Assembly (NCBI GenBank): GCA_040954595.2
Contig: CM082592.2
Span: 7,365,677-7,429,676, forward strand
Direction of reading: 5' to 3'
DNA: 64,000 nucleotides
From: Balanoglossus misakiensis
Taxonomy: Eukaryota; Animalia; Hemichordata
A program made the position numbers and the translations under genes. Shown here piece after piece: positions 1-12,509 of this stretch. The number at the start of each line of letters is the position of its first letter. Positions within the stretch are counted from its first letter, which is position 1. The notes beneath the pieces were generated by a model. It did not search any database. It was not told the DNA's origin and was given only the letters and a program-made list of their open reading frames with translations.

Positions 1-3000
1 CATTTCAGTGACCGGGAAGATGACGCGGTCCTGCAGAATGTCAAGGCCAGAAATCAAGGCTCTGCTCTGAGACTTCTCAACCAGGCAAAGCCATTAGAAA
101 TCCAACTAAGCAACATTTTATCCAGAAGATTTCATGGGACAGAAAGTATGGACGCTGTCTTCAGACTTAGGTATGTCTTGCTTTTTGCGTGTATCCTTCA
201 AGCTTGTGTATGAAAAATGATTAATCCCAGACATTCCAGTTATCAAGAAGGCAATAAAACTTTCCCACATGCAAAATATTGTCAAAAGTGACTTAATCAC
301 CACAAACGTTCTCTCTTGTTTTGTCAGGATGGAGTTGGAACAAGTGTACGAGGGCATCGTCTTGCTCGACGTGCAGATAGCTGACCAGAGGAGAGTAGAG
401 CTGCAACTCTGGAAGAACGCCTACCACCAGGTCATCGAGTCTTTCCGGAAGCAGTTGCAAGACGAAGAGAGTGACCACGTGGAATTAAAAGAACAGCTGC
501 TGAAACTCCTAGATCAGGTAAACATGCTTTGAACACCTCTGGCAAGTAAATGAAACCGTTTTGAAACAGTATCATGTTTCGACTTAGAATACAGTCAAAT
601 GACCGATGGTGGCCAACATTAATGTCATCGCAAAGCTTTCATTTGATTAATGTTGGTTTAATTCTTTTTGTAGGGAACAACATTTTATGAGAGTTTACTC
701 AACAAACTTCAGGAAACCTATCACTTCAAACTCTCCGAGCTGACCGAGGTGCAACCAATTCAGAGTATGGCAACTAGGAGTGTAACAGTAAGTTTTTTTA
801 GAAATGCTTTCTTAACAAGATCAGCACGTGTTTAGAGAGCAGTCCCAGTATTTGACACAGACTCTTGTCATGTTATTGTATTAATGCTCAAAGGTATGAG
901 TGCGTGCATTTTTAGTTATGACAAACTTATTGAAATGTTTTTTCTTCCAAACAGCGTAAACTTGCCATAATCCATGCCCAGAAGTGCATGATATACCTGG
1001 GAGACCTGGCCAGGTACAAAGAACAGACGAACGAAACCAGCAACTATGGAAGAGCAAGAAGGTGAATATAGTCATAGAGACTTGGTGGCGCACTTTTTTC
1101 GCATTGCCACCCATTGAAAATTTATGATGTGTCATCATTTGACTGTCTATTGCTATTAGCCAGCATGAAGTATCTGTCAGTGTTGGATATTTTTGAGAAA
1201 TTTGGCAATTAGTTTGTTAACATGAAGTGTAAAATCTCATACTTTGTTTTTTCACAGTTGGTACCTGAAAGCCCAACAGATTGCTCCCAAGAACGGCAAA
1301 CCTTACAATCAGTTGGCCATTCTTGCTGTATACACGGTAAGTCATAGTCTGTAGTGCTGATAAGATGCATGGATTTTTCACTGAACAATATCAGTCTAGT
1401 TTAACCCGATCGAAATCTGCCTGTATACATACAACAATGTTTTGACTGTGTGTTTTTTGTTTTTTTGTTCACAGAGGAGGAAACTTGACGCTGTGTATTA
1501 TTACATGAGAAGTCTAGCATCCAGCAATCCCTTTGGTTCAGCCAGGGAGAGTTTGATGACACTGTTCGAGGAGGCAAGACGCAAAGTACGCACTGTATTG
1601 TTTTGTTATGTTTTCTGCCAGTAGGATATGAATTATGACATGGTTTACCCCCGACAAGATTGTAAAAAGTTGACAGTTTAGAATGTTTGATGGGAGACTG
1701 AGCCGTGTTTTCATTTGAACTTGACAGGCGGAACACTCGGAGAAAAAGCGGAAAGAGGAAGAACTTCAGCAGCGCCCGCACAACAAGAGAATGAACAAGA
1801 ACCTGCGGGATGACGACATGCCGCTGCGTGTGGATGTTTGGTACACCCACGACGGACGGATAGAATCAGAGGAATCCAATACTTGTGATGACGCCCAAGA
1901 TGCCTCTGGACTCGGTAAACTGTCTCCTGTGGAGGTAAGTAAAAAGTCTGGTGAATACTTGAGTAATTTTTTAAACAAGTGAAAGTGGTTACAGTGTTGA
2001 TTCAGCATAAATAGTTTTAAATCTTATCTTTGTCAGAAATAACGATAATATATTAAATATATAAACACATGCTGTTTTTGTTCTTGCAGCTGAACAAGAG
2101 ATTTGTTCTGAGCTTCCTGCACATACATGGGAAACTCTTCACGAAGATCGGGTGAGTTTAAATTCTATAACCCCGTTTCTGTCGGTAGAGGTCCAGCTGT
2201 ACCAGACAAAAAACACAAATTTGGACTAAACCATGGTGATGTAAGGGTTAAGGTGACGTGTCAGCATTTGCTGTGACGAAAATTTGAATTTAAAATGTCA
2301 CTCTTGATCATGATGGATATTTCTGATACATTGTGACAGAATGGAGAGATTCCCGGAAGTTGCTCACAGCATGCTGCAAGAATTCCAGGCTCTGCTGGAG
2401 CATTCCCCGTCTCCGCTAGGCAACACTAGATTACTACAGTTAATGACAATTAACATGTTTGCAGTACACAACACTGCTCTCAGAGGTAAGTAATCGTCCT
2501 GCTCCTGGAATATTTAAAAGAATGGAATTGATTGCTCTTTTCTATGAGCATGAGGAGATATCATTTATGTACCAGTCAAAATAGTGAGATTTTGTCGAAA
2601 ACATAAGAACTGTGCATCTCTCATTAGATCCAGTGTCGGACAGTGTGAGATCCTTCATACAAGAACAAGCAATACAACTTGGACTCGACATGTTTGGTTT
2701 GATGGTGGCCAGGTGTGTGCAGCTGCTGAAAGGTGAGAATGGTCAATAACTATTCAACTCCAGAGGGCGATATTACATTATCGTGCAGACATACAATGTA
2801 CCCCATGGAATTTCCCTGTTTGAATTGAAGTCTGTACTGTTTGCTTTCTGTTGACAGAAAATGACAATAACTTTGATAATAAGACCGGTGTTCTTGGTGA
2901 AGACCTTCACGACTATTTGCCAGGTATTAAAATATGGGCAGATTGGATGATGTGCCATCCACAGCTATGGAACCCACCTCCGGATTGCAGTGCCCCTGAA

Positions 3001-5275
3001 CACAGGTAAGGGAAACCCCAAAACAGTTTGAATTTATTGTACCATAGTCAATTTTTTATGCACTTGTGAAGTGTTTTCTATTTCATCTGAAAAATCTTCC
3101 TTCCTTTTTCGTTGTTGGAAATCCAGTGTGTCTCTAGACGTATGGCACTCGCTGGCACAACTCTTCAACTCGCTTAAAGATGTGCAGATTTCCAGAGTGA
3201 CCGTGTTACCAGATCCCAAAGAAGGTAAAACAACTTTCTGTGTTCAAATTAAATATCAAAAGTCTATGTTTCTATCCATGTCACCACATTTCACAGAACA
3301 GAACAGAATAACGCAGGTTTATCATAAAACAAAGATGACGCAAGTAACATACTGAGCTTTGCAACTCTCCTGTTGATAGCTTGACATGTATTTTTTTTGC
3401 AAACACAGGATATGACCTTGTTGTTCTTCCGGAAGACGTCATGCTGTCCGGGTTTGTACCTCTGCTCAGTCTGCCCATGGATGCAAGCTATGTCGAGAAA
3501 CAGATAGACAAGGTATGTAATCGCCGGTGTTCCGCCAGTCAGCAAGCATATGAATTGGTCGCTGAGAAAAACCTCACATTATCATGTTTCAAGAAGATTG
3601 GCCACCAGAGATGCATTCGTAATGTCTAAGCATTCATAAGTTCATATGCCATTTTTTTTCACAGGTTTTAGCCGAAGACTGTGTCCGCATATCACAGCTG
3701 CTCATGTTCGGGGAATACCTGTGCGGACAGGAGAGCCCTCTACTGGCCTACAGTGTTGAGAAAAAGTGCTATGTTTCTATCGCGCCAACCCGAGCTCAGA
3801 GTGAGAAAATAGACATCGAGAAAGATCTTAGCAGTAGTTTATCTCAGGTAAAGAGAACTTTGTAACCTGGATTCTGATTTGGTGGTGTAAAAATAAAAAC
3901 GATATAAATTACTCTGGTGCATCTCGAATGAGTCAGTTTAATTGGCAGTAAGTCTGGTCATCTGCATCCGTAACGTTGACTTTGCCTTGCCTTGCGTTTC
4001 GCAGGAAGAAGATGATGTCATCATTGAGAGCAGTGCCGACGAAGACTTCGAAGACGACGGCGACATGCGCAACATCAAGAAACTGAAAGCGCAGAAGGAC
4101 GCCCTCGAGAGACGAGCCAAGGAGGAGAAGAGGAGGAAGGAACACATACAGGCTGTGGTCGAAAGCCACACCAAGGCCCGCCCCTTCCGACTGGAAGTGA
4201 GACCCGTGTACATTGTCCCCGACACCAATTGTTTTATTGATCACCTGAAGGGAATACAGATTGTTGTTGACAGCAGAAAATATACTCTAATTGTGCCTTT
4301 AGTTGGTAAGTGTAATTCATTTGTGCTTTGGTCTGTTATAAAGAAGGAGAATTACAACACATCGTACTTGTCTATCTTCAGAGGTGATCACATTGGGTCA
4401 AATATGAGTTCATGTGCCCTCTGTGGGGACATTGTCATTGACATTGCCTGCGTCTTTATTTCATCGCAGTTATAAATGAACTTGACGGCCTGGCCAAGGG
4501 CAGCAGGGAGGGCCAGTACCTGCACGCTGCCCACGCCAACAGAGTCCAGCAGGGCGCCAGGGCGGCCGTCAACTATCTGGAAGGCGAATTCGAGTTGTAC
4601 AACAACCGGATACGAGCGGTGACCAGCAGGGGTTCTGTCTTGGACACGATAGCTTTCAGGAGTGAGGACCCACAGGGGAAAACGGTGAGGTCACTGTGAC
4701 ATTGTAAACTTTCCCACTGTATGTAACAGATGCATGGAACAATATCTGTAATGTAGGATAGGGATGATTTTGCAATTGCTGTCTCTTTGTGTGGTTTCAC
4801 CAGTGATGTCTGTCTGAATGCTGTACACTCGATGAACCTGTTGTTTTCTCTTCTGTGTCCATATGCCTGATCTGTGTAATAAATGTGATCTTTTTTCCCA
4901 CTCCAGGGTAACAATGATGATGTCATCCTATCCTGCTGTATGTTTTACTGTGAGGACAAAGCACAGTCTTTCATGCCACAGAAAAAGGGTGAGTTGCGTG
5001 TGAAACGAGCATTTAGTGAAGAACGGTGTAATGTATAACAATAGGGCTATATACGAAATATGGCCCTGTATATGGACTCGGGCTCAGTGAGTAGAGTATT
5101 GGATAACCCTGTAATATTTACATATCTCTTGTCTACAGACGATCCAATCTTGCTGAAGAGGGAAGTGGTCCTTCTGACCGACGATCGCAACCTGCGAGTC
5201 AAAGCGTACACGCGCACTGTCCCAACCAGGAGCATACCGGAGTTTATCAGGAAAGCCAAGCTGGTCAAGCGTTGA
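1..5275 (+). CDS. SMG6: SMG6/EST1A nonsense-mediated decay endonuclease, 3' part (about 18 exons; 5' end lies outside the window)
   Basis: GT-AG exons join in frame. They give the Est1/14-3-3-like region (VELQLWKNAYHQVIE, CMIYLGDLARY, APKNGKPYNQLAILA, RRKLDAVYYYMRSLASSNPF) and a C-terminal PIN domain (YIVPDTNCFIDHL, VINELDGL, NNDDVILSCC, VVLLTDDRNLRVKA) with catalytic aspartates retained. TGA at 5273-5275. Confidence 0.95.
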
Positions 5276-7721
5276 AGGGCAATGGGTTATGTTTACGATG
5301 ATCGCTAATGTTCTGACCACCTGTACGATGGCCCTGGCCCGTATCGTCTGAGCTCACTGCAGCTCGGCCCGTCAGACGAAACTGTCTCTGCAACCTCAAG
5401 AAGAGACAGAAGGAGGCTGTCCCCCACAAGTTGACGAAGAAACGAGCTCTTCTGAAAGAAAAAAAAGGCACAGTTTTCCTGATCTCCAGACATGATCAAA
5501 TAATGAAGGATACTTCACGAATGTTGGGACTTCATCGGTCTTCTTCAAGTCATTCCATGACAAGAGAAAAGTGTTTTTTTAAACTACTCGAGAAGCAGGC
5601 ATACTAGTATGCCATTTAGCTGGTTTTGTTTATCTCGGTTTAGAATATTACCCTTTTATTTTGCGTTCTTTAACATCTTCCTGCAGAACAAAAATTTCCT
5701 TCACATGAAGGAGCTTCTTCTGTTGTGTGTATGCTTAAATTGCCTTCGTGTATGCGACTTGCTAGGTAAAACCTGAAAAGTGTTGTTTTAAAGTATTAAA
5801 CAGAAATGAATGTTTCCACTGGTGAAACTATTCTGTTTTTGCCACGGGTGACTGAATCCAATGGTTTTTTTTTACTTTTTTCATGGCTTATGTTACTTTT
5901 AGAAATGAATTTCTCTAAAGAAATCCACACAAATGAAGTCTTGTGTTAGAATATCCTTGAAAGATAATGTTGGTTGTAAAGGTTCAATACTGGTTGGAAG
6001 GGGCCACTGGCCTACAAAAGGTGGCTAATCATTCGTGTTCAGTGTTCTACTGACCGGAGGAAATATATGGTCACGGGACGTGACGTAAAACTAACGACCT
6101 ACCTTCAACAATATATTCGGTATCCCCTATAGGTAAATATGTTTGTGTCTGTTGTTATCGTTGTTGTTGTTAATTGAAATAGTCATGGGAACCCCAAAAC
6201 AGATGTATTCAAATTATAAATCAGTCTTAAAAAGTGATCAATTGAGTCGCAGCTTGAATTCCCACAGATAATGTCGTTCAGAGTTTTTTAGTGTTCTGTT
6301 TTACCCTGTATGCTTTGTACACAAGTTGCATATTCGTGTGGCAGGCGAAAATCCGGTTCTCGCGAGATATTTCTTGGTTCGAGAAATCGGGCGGAGGGAA
6401 CGTATTCTTTGTTCCTCTTCCATGGTGCATCACAAAATTACTATCACATATGCCTTACACACCTCCAGTGCAACTACCAGGGGCCACAGATGTTTGCCTT
6501 TCTCTAATACCTCATGACAAAATGCAAAGCACTGTCTGTGAAAAGTGACCTTTCCTTATCGCAATCCAAATAACATTCACACTCGCAGTGGCCCCAGTGG
6601 GATTTTAAACCTCCATTTTACTTGACTGCTTGTAAATTTTTCAGATGAAAGAGAAACGAGGATTTCTATATAGTCACCTGTTTTGCTGCAAAGCTTATTC
6701 CAGTACTGTTAGTTTTGGATATTCCTACGGTTGAGTTTGTGTCACAGATTTACAGTGTTCTAAATAAAGTAGCAATACTGGTAGACCATGGGATAATTGA
6801 CTGGACTTGTGTTGGAAAGTAATGTGTTTGATCTAAGAAGGGGGGGGGGGGTGAATACACCCCATGTTCATACAAACCAAGATCGGTAAAATTATGTCAC
6901 TTCCTTTTGTTGCGAAAGTGGTGGCAAAATTCGTAAATTATTGCCGAACCGGTCAATGAAATATATAAGGCTGAAAGGATAAAGGCCGGAAATAAGAAAT
7001 GCAGAGTCAGGATCTTTTTATAAACGGTTCATCCCAGGGTCACGAACTCTGAAGCTTGTCTCGACAAGAACTTTTTTGTAAAAGCGCATTGGGCTTAAAG
7101 GTATACAGTCACCTATGCAAATTTGGCCACGGTTGCCATGGAATATTGAGATCTGGCCAGTGATCTTTTCTTTCTCTTTGCTGAAAAGTTGTCACGTCGA
7201 AAGACCATAAAAAGGAAAAGTTTGTATGACAGTATTTTTTTCCTAAATTATAAATGAATGCCCTTGTGAACATCACAAGCTAGCTTACGAACTGAATGGT
7301 CCACACCATGTCTTCAAATACATGTATGAACAAACACACCTTTGTCAACATTGTTGCCATGGCAATCACAACAAAGCAACATGTCCTTTTTTACGTGACG
7401 GCTGTGGGGTGAGCTTGCTGACCTTCCGAAAAAGAAGGTGAAGAATTCCATTCACGACCCGAAGCCGGGTTTAATTTAGTACACTGCGTGGGTGTGTGCG
7501 TGTGACTCCTGGTTGCTGAATCAACAGAATTCTTTCGATTTGTTAACTGTCATATATACGTATACATGAACGACACTCAAGAATGACATATTTCATTTGT
7601 GCTGGAGATACTGGATGTGAGCGTCGTATGTAGACACAGAAGGAGCAAGCGTATGCCAGAAGCTACCCAAAAAAAATTCGCGACATTTATTCTAACTTTT
7701 CTGAATTTATTGTGGAAAAAG

Positions 7722-9069
7722 ATGGGTTGTGGATCAAGCAGCAAAATAGTTGAAGTTACCACTGTACCGGTAAGATCGACAGCTCATGGAAACCAGGGAC
7801 GAGGTAACGGTACACTTCAGGCTTACGATCCCATTCATGTCATTTTGAGCGATGTCAACCCAGTTTAAATCGAGTTTTTTTTTAGGTTCAAAGTTTTCTG
7901 GTGTCTCGTTGACCAACCGGCAATGTCATTTCAAGGTCACGCTCCCTTTGCATGAAAGATCTCGCTTACCAACCTTTGGGAGCTCAAGGTGACATTGACA
8001 TACTGAAAGATCATCGTTTATCTACATTTTTTGTCTTAGCATGAAACATTTCATTTTATAACGATAGTTGCTTACTTTTTTTCAAACGAGAAACCTCCAA
8101 ACGTAATAAATTTGTTTCACGTCTTTTCCACTGTCGTACTTATGAATAGGCATGACTGTGAGGTGCGCGTTATACCTTTCATACCTTTATTGAAATACAA
8201 TACAGTTTCTTTGTTTGGAGTTATCATAGGCGTGGTTACAGTTACATGGAAACACAGTCCCTCCACACGGTACATATATGTGACTATGCACCAGATACCA
8301 AGCATTCGTATATATTTTCACAACAATGTGTAAAGCGACAAAAATATAAAAAAAATATATATAAAAAATCATTTCTTCGTGATTAGAGCTCATTGCCGTT
8401 TTGCTGTGTAACTCACATTAGGCCTAAACCTCGTTTTTCGTTCAGTTCCAAAGATCGACAAAAAGTCACCGGAATACATCATCGCCGCCTTTGCCGAGTT
8501 TGATCTAAATGGAGATGGAATCATCTCAATGCAGGAGGTGAGGCTGGCCTTCATCAAGATGAACATTCCCCACAACGACCAAGTCATCGTCCAGTTTATG
8601 AGGGAGGTTGACATAGACGGCGACGGCCAGATCAACATCCGAGAATTTGCAATTTGGTGGATAAAGGAAAATATGGAACCACCACGTAAGTTTGATGGGG
8701 TTAACCCTTTCTGTCTTCATCTCCAAGACAAACTTGACCACTGATTTGAACATATACACCGCAGTAATATTATCAATTGCTGTAGTGATTTAATTGCTAC
8801 TCTTTTATTCAACCATGTCTTTCTCTGTACCCCTTTATATTAAAACAGCCCCGACTTTGGAAATGCTAGTCGCCATGTTTCACGAAATCGACAAGGACGG
8901 CAAGGGGTTTATCACCGCGTCTGATCTGAAACTCCTCATGTTGGAAGTGAAAGGATTCTACACAGAAGGAAACATCGCCTCCATCGTGCGAGCAGCCGAC
9001 GTGAATAGGGACGGAGTTATAAGTCTGCAAGAATTCGTCCAACTAATGGCGAAGCTCATTTCTCAGTGA
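7722..9069 (+). CDS. Calmodulin-like four-EF-hand protein, copy 1, with N-terminal MGCGSS (3 exons: 7722-7803, about 8446-8685, about 8849-9069)
   Basis: Spliced ORF MGCGSSSK... with EF loops DLNGDGIISMQE, DIDGDGQINIRE, DKDGKGFITASD and DVNRDGVISLQE. Phase-1 GT-AG introns keep the frame. Confidence 0.85.
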
Positions 9070-10229
9070 ACATGCAGCTCCGGCCACAAGGTGCTCGCTG
9101 CAGGGTCCGCATTTACAAACTTTTAATAGAAATAATGAAAGTGACTTTATTATAATAATTAGCCTGGGGGCAAATAGAAGATCGATAACACAAAACTCTT
9201 GCAGAGAACCTGTAGTCCACATCTTACAAGACTAGATAAATATGCATAAACAGTGATCGAAGTTCCCCAGGTGTTTTAAGAAAAAAAAAGGCTCATGGTT
9301 CTTTGTAAGAACTTTGGTAGCCGAATTACCGGGTCTATCAAATCACTCCGTCCACAGAAAAAGTTCTATTTCCCTCACCTTAGACATTTGAACAGAGCTT
9401 TCCGACATTACAAAAAATGATTCATTTTGAATGCACGCATATAGGCCAGACAAAATACAGCTTTATAAGCTGGTGTGTAATAGGGCATTCAGTCTAATGT
9501 ATTACATACATGGACATAGTCACATTTCAAGATAAGATTTACAGTATCTACAACAAATCTGCAACATATCATTTTGTGTAATATGTCTCCTGTTATTGTT
9601 TTCAAATTATGAAAAAGTTATATTTTTGATTAAGTAATGTATTGCATATTATTTACAAGTTCATTGAAATTATTTGATTTACATTAAAGATGAAAGTCAG
9701 CATAATTAATCAAAACATGCGAATTGTTTTTGGTATGTTCAAAAAACATACTGCCAAACTGTCAACTAGGCCAGAAAGGCAAATTTTAAGACTTTCTTGT
9801 CCCTAAAATCTTTGCCTTCGGGTAGGGGGGGTTGTATCTTAAAGTATCTTAATTACCTTGACCTGTTTGACCACTGTGTTCTCTATACACCATACCACCA
9901 TATCACTGGTCAGTTACACAACACTGTAATATTATATTTTCCATGGCGGTTGCCAAACAGCTTATTGTCATGGCAACAATGACTGCCTTCAATATGTTGG
10001 ACAGAAACACAACACCGACTCAGTCAAAATCAGCTGCAACCTGCCCTCCTCAGCTGAAAAAAAATATCTCAGGCTGGTATCGCATTCTGTACCAGCCACT
10101 GAAGAAGGTGGATCTTTTTCCCCAATCGATACACACCAAGTACCTGCGCACCTGTAGCATGTATTAGTCAAGAATCTTGTTTCTAGTACTGTTCCTTCCT
10201 TCCGCGGAGATCGACACCACTACAGAAAC

Positions 10230-11093
10230 ATGGGCTGTGGATCGAGCACTGACGAAACCAGTCAAAGGGCATCACCAACAACTCAAAAACATTCACAAGG
10301 TATAATAGTGTACTATATATATATCATTTGAAAGAGACGTGATTGCAATTTTGCATGTTGGCATTTACATGTACATGAGGGTCAATTCACGGTGTGTGTG
10401 GGGGGGGGGGGCATGGTAACTTGTTTGCGACATCAGTTTTCAAACTTTGCCCTTTAATACTGTCACCTGTCAACTCTGCCTTCCTTCAGCGACTGATCCA
10501 ATGTCACCGGAGGTCATCATTGCTGCCTTTAAGCAGTTTGATCAAAACGGGGACGGCGTCATCAGCATACAGGAGGTGAAAAGTGCCTTCGCAAAGATGA
10601 ACGTCCCTTGCGATGATGTCGTTATCTACCGCTTCATGCGTGAAGTTGACATTGACAATGACGGTCAGATTGACATAGAGGAATTTGCTCTCTGGTGGAT
10701 AAGGGAGGGTATGAAAGAACGCCCTGGTAAGATGTTTTTATTTGTAAAAATATGCATGTTTGTTAACAAATCAATGCATGACGCATACAACTTGATATTG
10801 CGTGATTGTACAGCACTGACATTTACAGTTTTTATTCACTATTTTCCAACTTCCTCATCTCTTTATCAGCGCCAACCATGGACGAACTGGTCGCCATGTT
10901 TCACGACATCGACAGGGACGGAAAGGGCTTCATAACCACGACCGACTTGAAAGTCATGATGCTGGAGCGCAAAGGATACTACACGGATGAAAATATAGAG
11001 GCCATCATGCGAGCGGCCGACACTGACGGCGACGGACGCATAAACTTGGCCGAATTCATCCGACTGATGGCAAAGCTAATAGTGTGCTCATGA
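10230..11093 (+). CDS. Calmodulin-like four-EF-hand protein, copy 2, tandem paralog (3 exons: 10230-10299, about 10490-10726, about 10870-11093)
   Basis: MGCGSSTDE... with EF loops DQNGDGVISIQE, DIDNDGQIDIEE, DRDGKGFITTTD and DTDGDGRINLAE. Same intron positions and phases as copy 1. Confidence 0.87.
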
Positions 11094-11758
11094 ACAGAAA
11101 GTTGTATAATGTGTCACAATATAATGCAAAATACACATTCCTATGGCCTTTGTTGTAAATCTGTGACCAACAAATATATATGCTTCTTTTTTGCTATACA
11201 CTTTCTTTTGAGTGACCCACACTTCAAATCAGATTCATTCAAAATCCATGCCTTCATGATCCAATGGGCAACCATTCAAATAACCACATCTCCAAAACGA
11301 GTAAAGGAACTTGCAGCACATTTATTTATACATAGAAAAAATGAAGAAAGTCTGGATAAAACATATCCCTGTATAAATTATCACCTGTGTAAACTACAGG
11401 TCTAGAAAATTGCACATGTTTCCTCCACTAGCACTGAGCCTCTCCAATGGCATTATGGGTACAGGAAGTGCTCTGCATTTGTCCAGTAACATTAGCTGGT
11501 GAGCTGCCAACTCTAAAAAGCAAGTTAAGACAAACAGTAGGCAGTCCAGCTTTAAACATAACCCTTTCACCACCATGGTTTGTTCAAAAGCAGTGTATTT
11601 ATGACATCTTGGTTAGCTACAAGTAGAAACTGCGTATCCTTGTGTGACTAGGTTTTGTTTGTCTTTTGGGTTGTTGTTTTTTCTGCAGTCTTTGTACATA
11701 ATTCAGCAATTTGTCTCTCCACTGTCTAGATGACTGTGACAAACACTCTGTTCACTGC

Positions 11759-12285
11759 TCATTCTACTTCGTTGATGAGCTGCTGGTGTCTTGCGTTGGG
11801 CTGCTGTGCATGGTGTCTTGGCTTGTAGATGTAGATGGCCAGGCCTACATATACCAAGAAGAGCACTGAAAACACGCTGACCGTCAGATCTGTGAGAAGA
11901 GTCGACGGTTAAAGTATCAGTTTATTTGACTGATGGTCAACTGGTGCTATGTGGGTCATTCCTTTAGTCACGTGTGTTGTGTGTCATGAGATTTTAAAAG
12001 CGTGCATCATTCTCCCAGCATGCAACAGCTGTAATCTTTCTGTCAGAACTTGCGACAGGATTTGTGATTTTGCTAAAACACGAACACTGTGAAATATGAC
12101 TTGACAATATTTTCAATGTAACTTTCGTAACCACTATGGAATTAAAAAATAGAGAAGTAATACCAACCTAATCTTTGATGCTGCAGAATTTCAAGCGTAC
12201 TGCTTCCTGGAGAATCGTTGTTATCACCAAGTACCACAACAGCGTTACTGATCACAAGAAAAATGAAAAACGCAATCCGATGCAT
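11759..12285 (-). CDS. Putative 82-aa single-pass type I membrane microprotein (exons 12285-12168 and 11889-11759)
   Basis: Spliced ORF MHRIAFFIFLVISNAVVVLG-DNNDSPGSSTLEILQHQRLDLT-VSVFSVLFLVYVGLAIYIY-KPRHHAQQPNARHQQLINEVE*. It has a signal peptide, short ectodomain, TM helix and basic stop-transfer. Phase-1 intron (G|gttggt...tctcacag|AT). Head-to-head with NSRP1. Confidence 0.6.
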
Positions 12286-12509
12286 GTCTGTAACACAGGT
12301 CTATACCTGGTGTTAATATAGCCTGATCGCCAATAAAGTCATATTCGCACCCATCCAACGATGAGCACTTTGTGTTATGAAGCTCCCGTCATGTTTAGCA
12401 GACAGCAAGACAGGTGAAGACAGCAGACGGGGGTGTTTCCCATCATGTGACCTACGTTTGATCTACTTCCGGGTCAAACGTCAAAGTTCGCTTGATTCTG
12501 ATTGCGAAG

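Noticed and set aside
4797-4877. Possible C/D snoRNA in a SMG6 intron
   Set aside because: Weak box C and terminal stem, and no rRNA complementarity longer than about 7 nt recognised.
6839-6851. Poly-G/C tracts (also near 10399, 29088, 33058, 52634 and 52927)
   Set aside because: Simple homopolymer runs with no supporting structure.
7095-7160. TTAAAGGTATACAGTCACCT, resembling a Kolobok-like element end
   Set aside because: No matching inverted end was found in the window, so boundaries cannot be supported.
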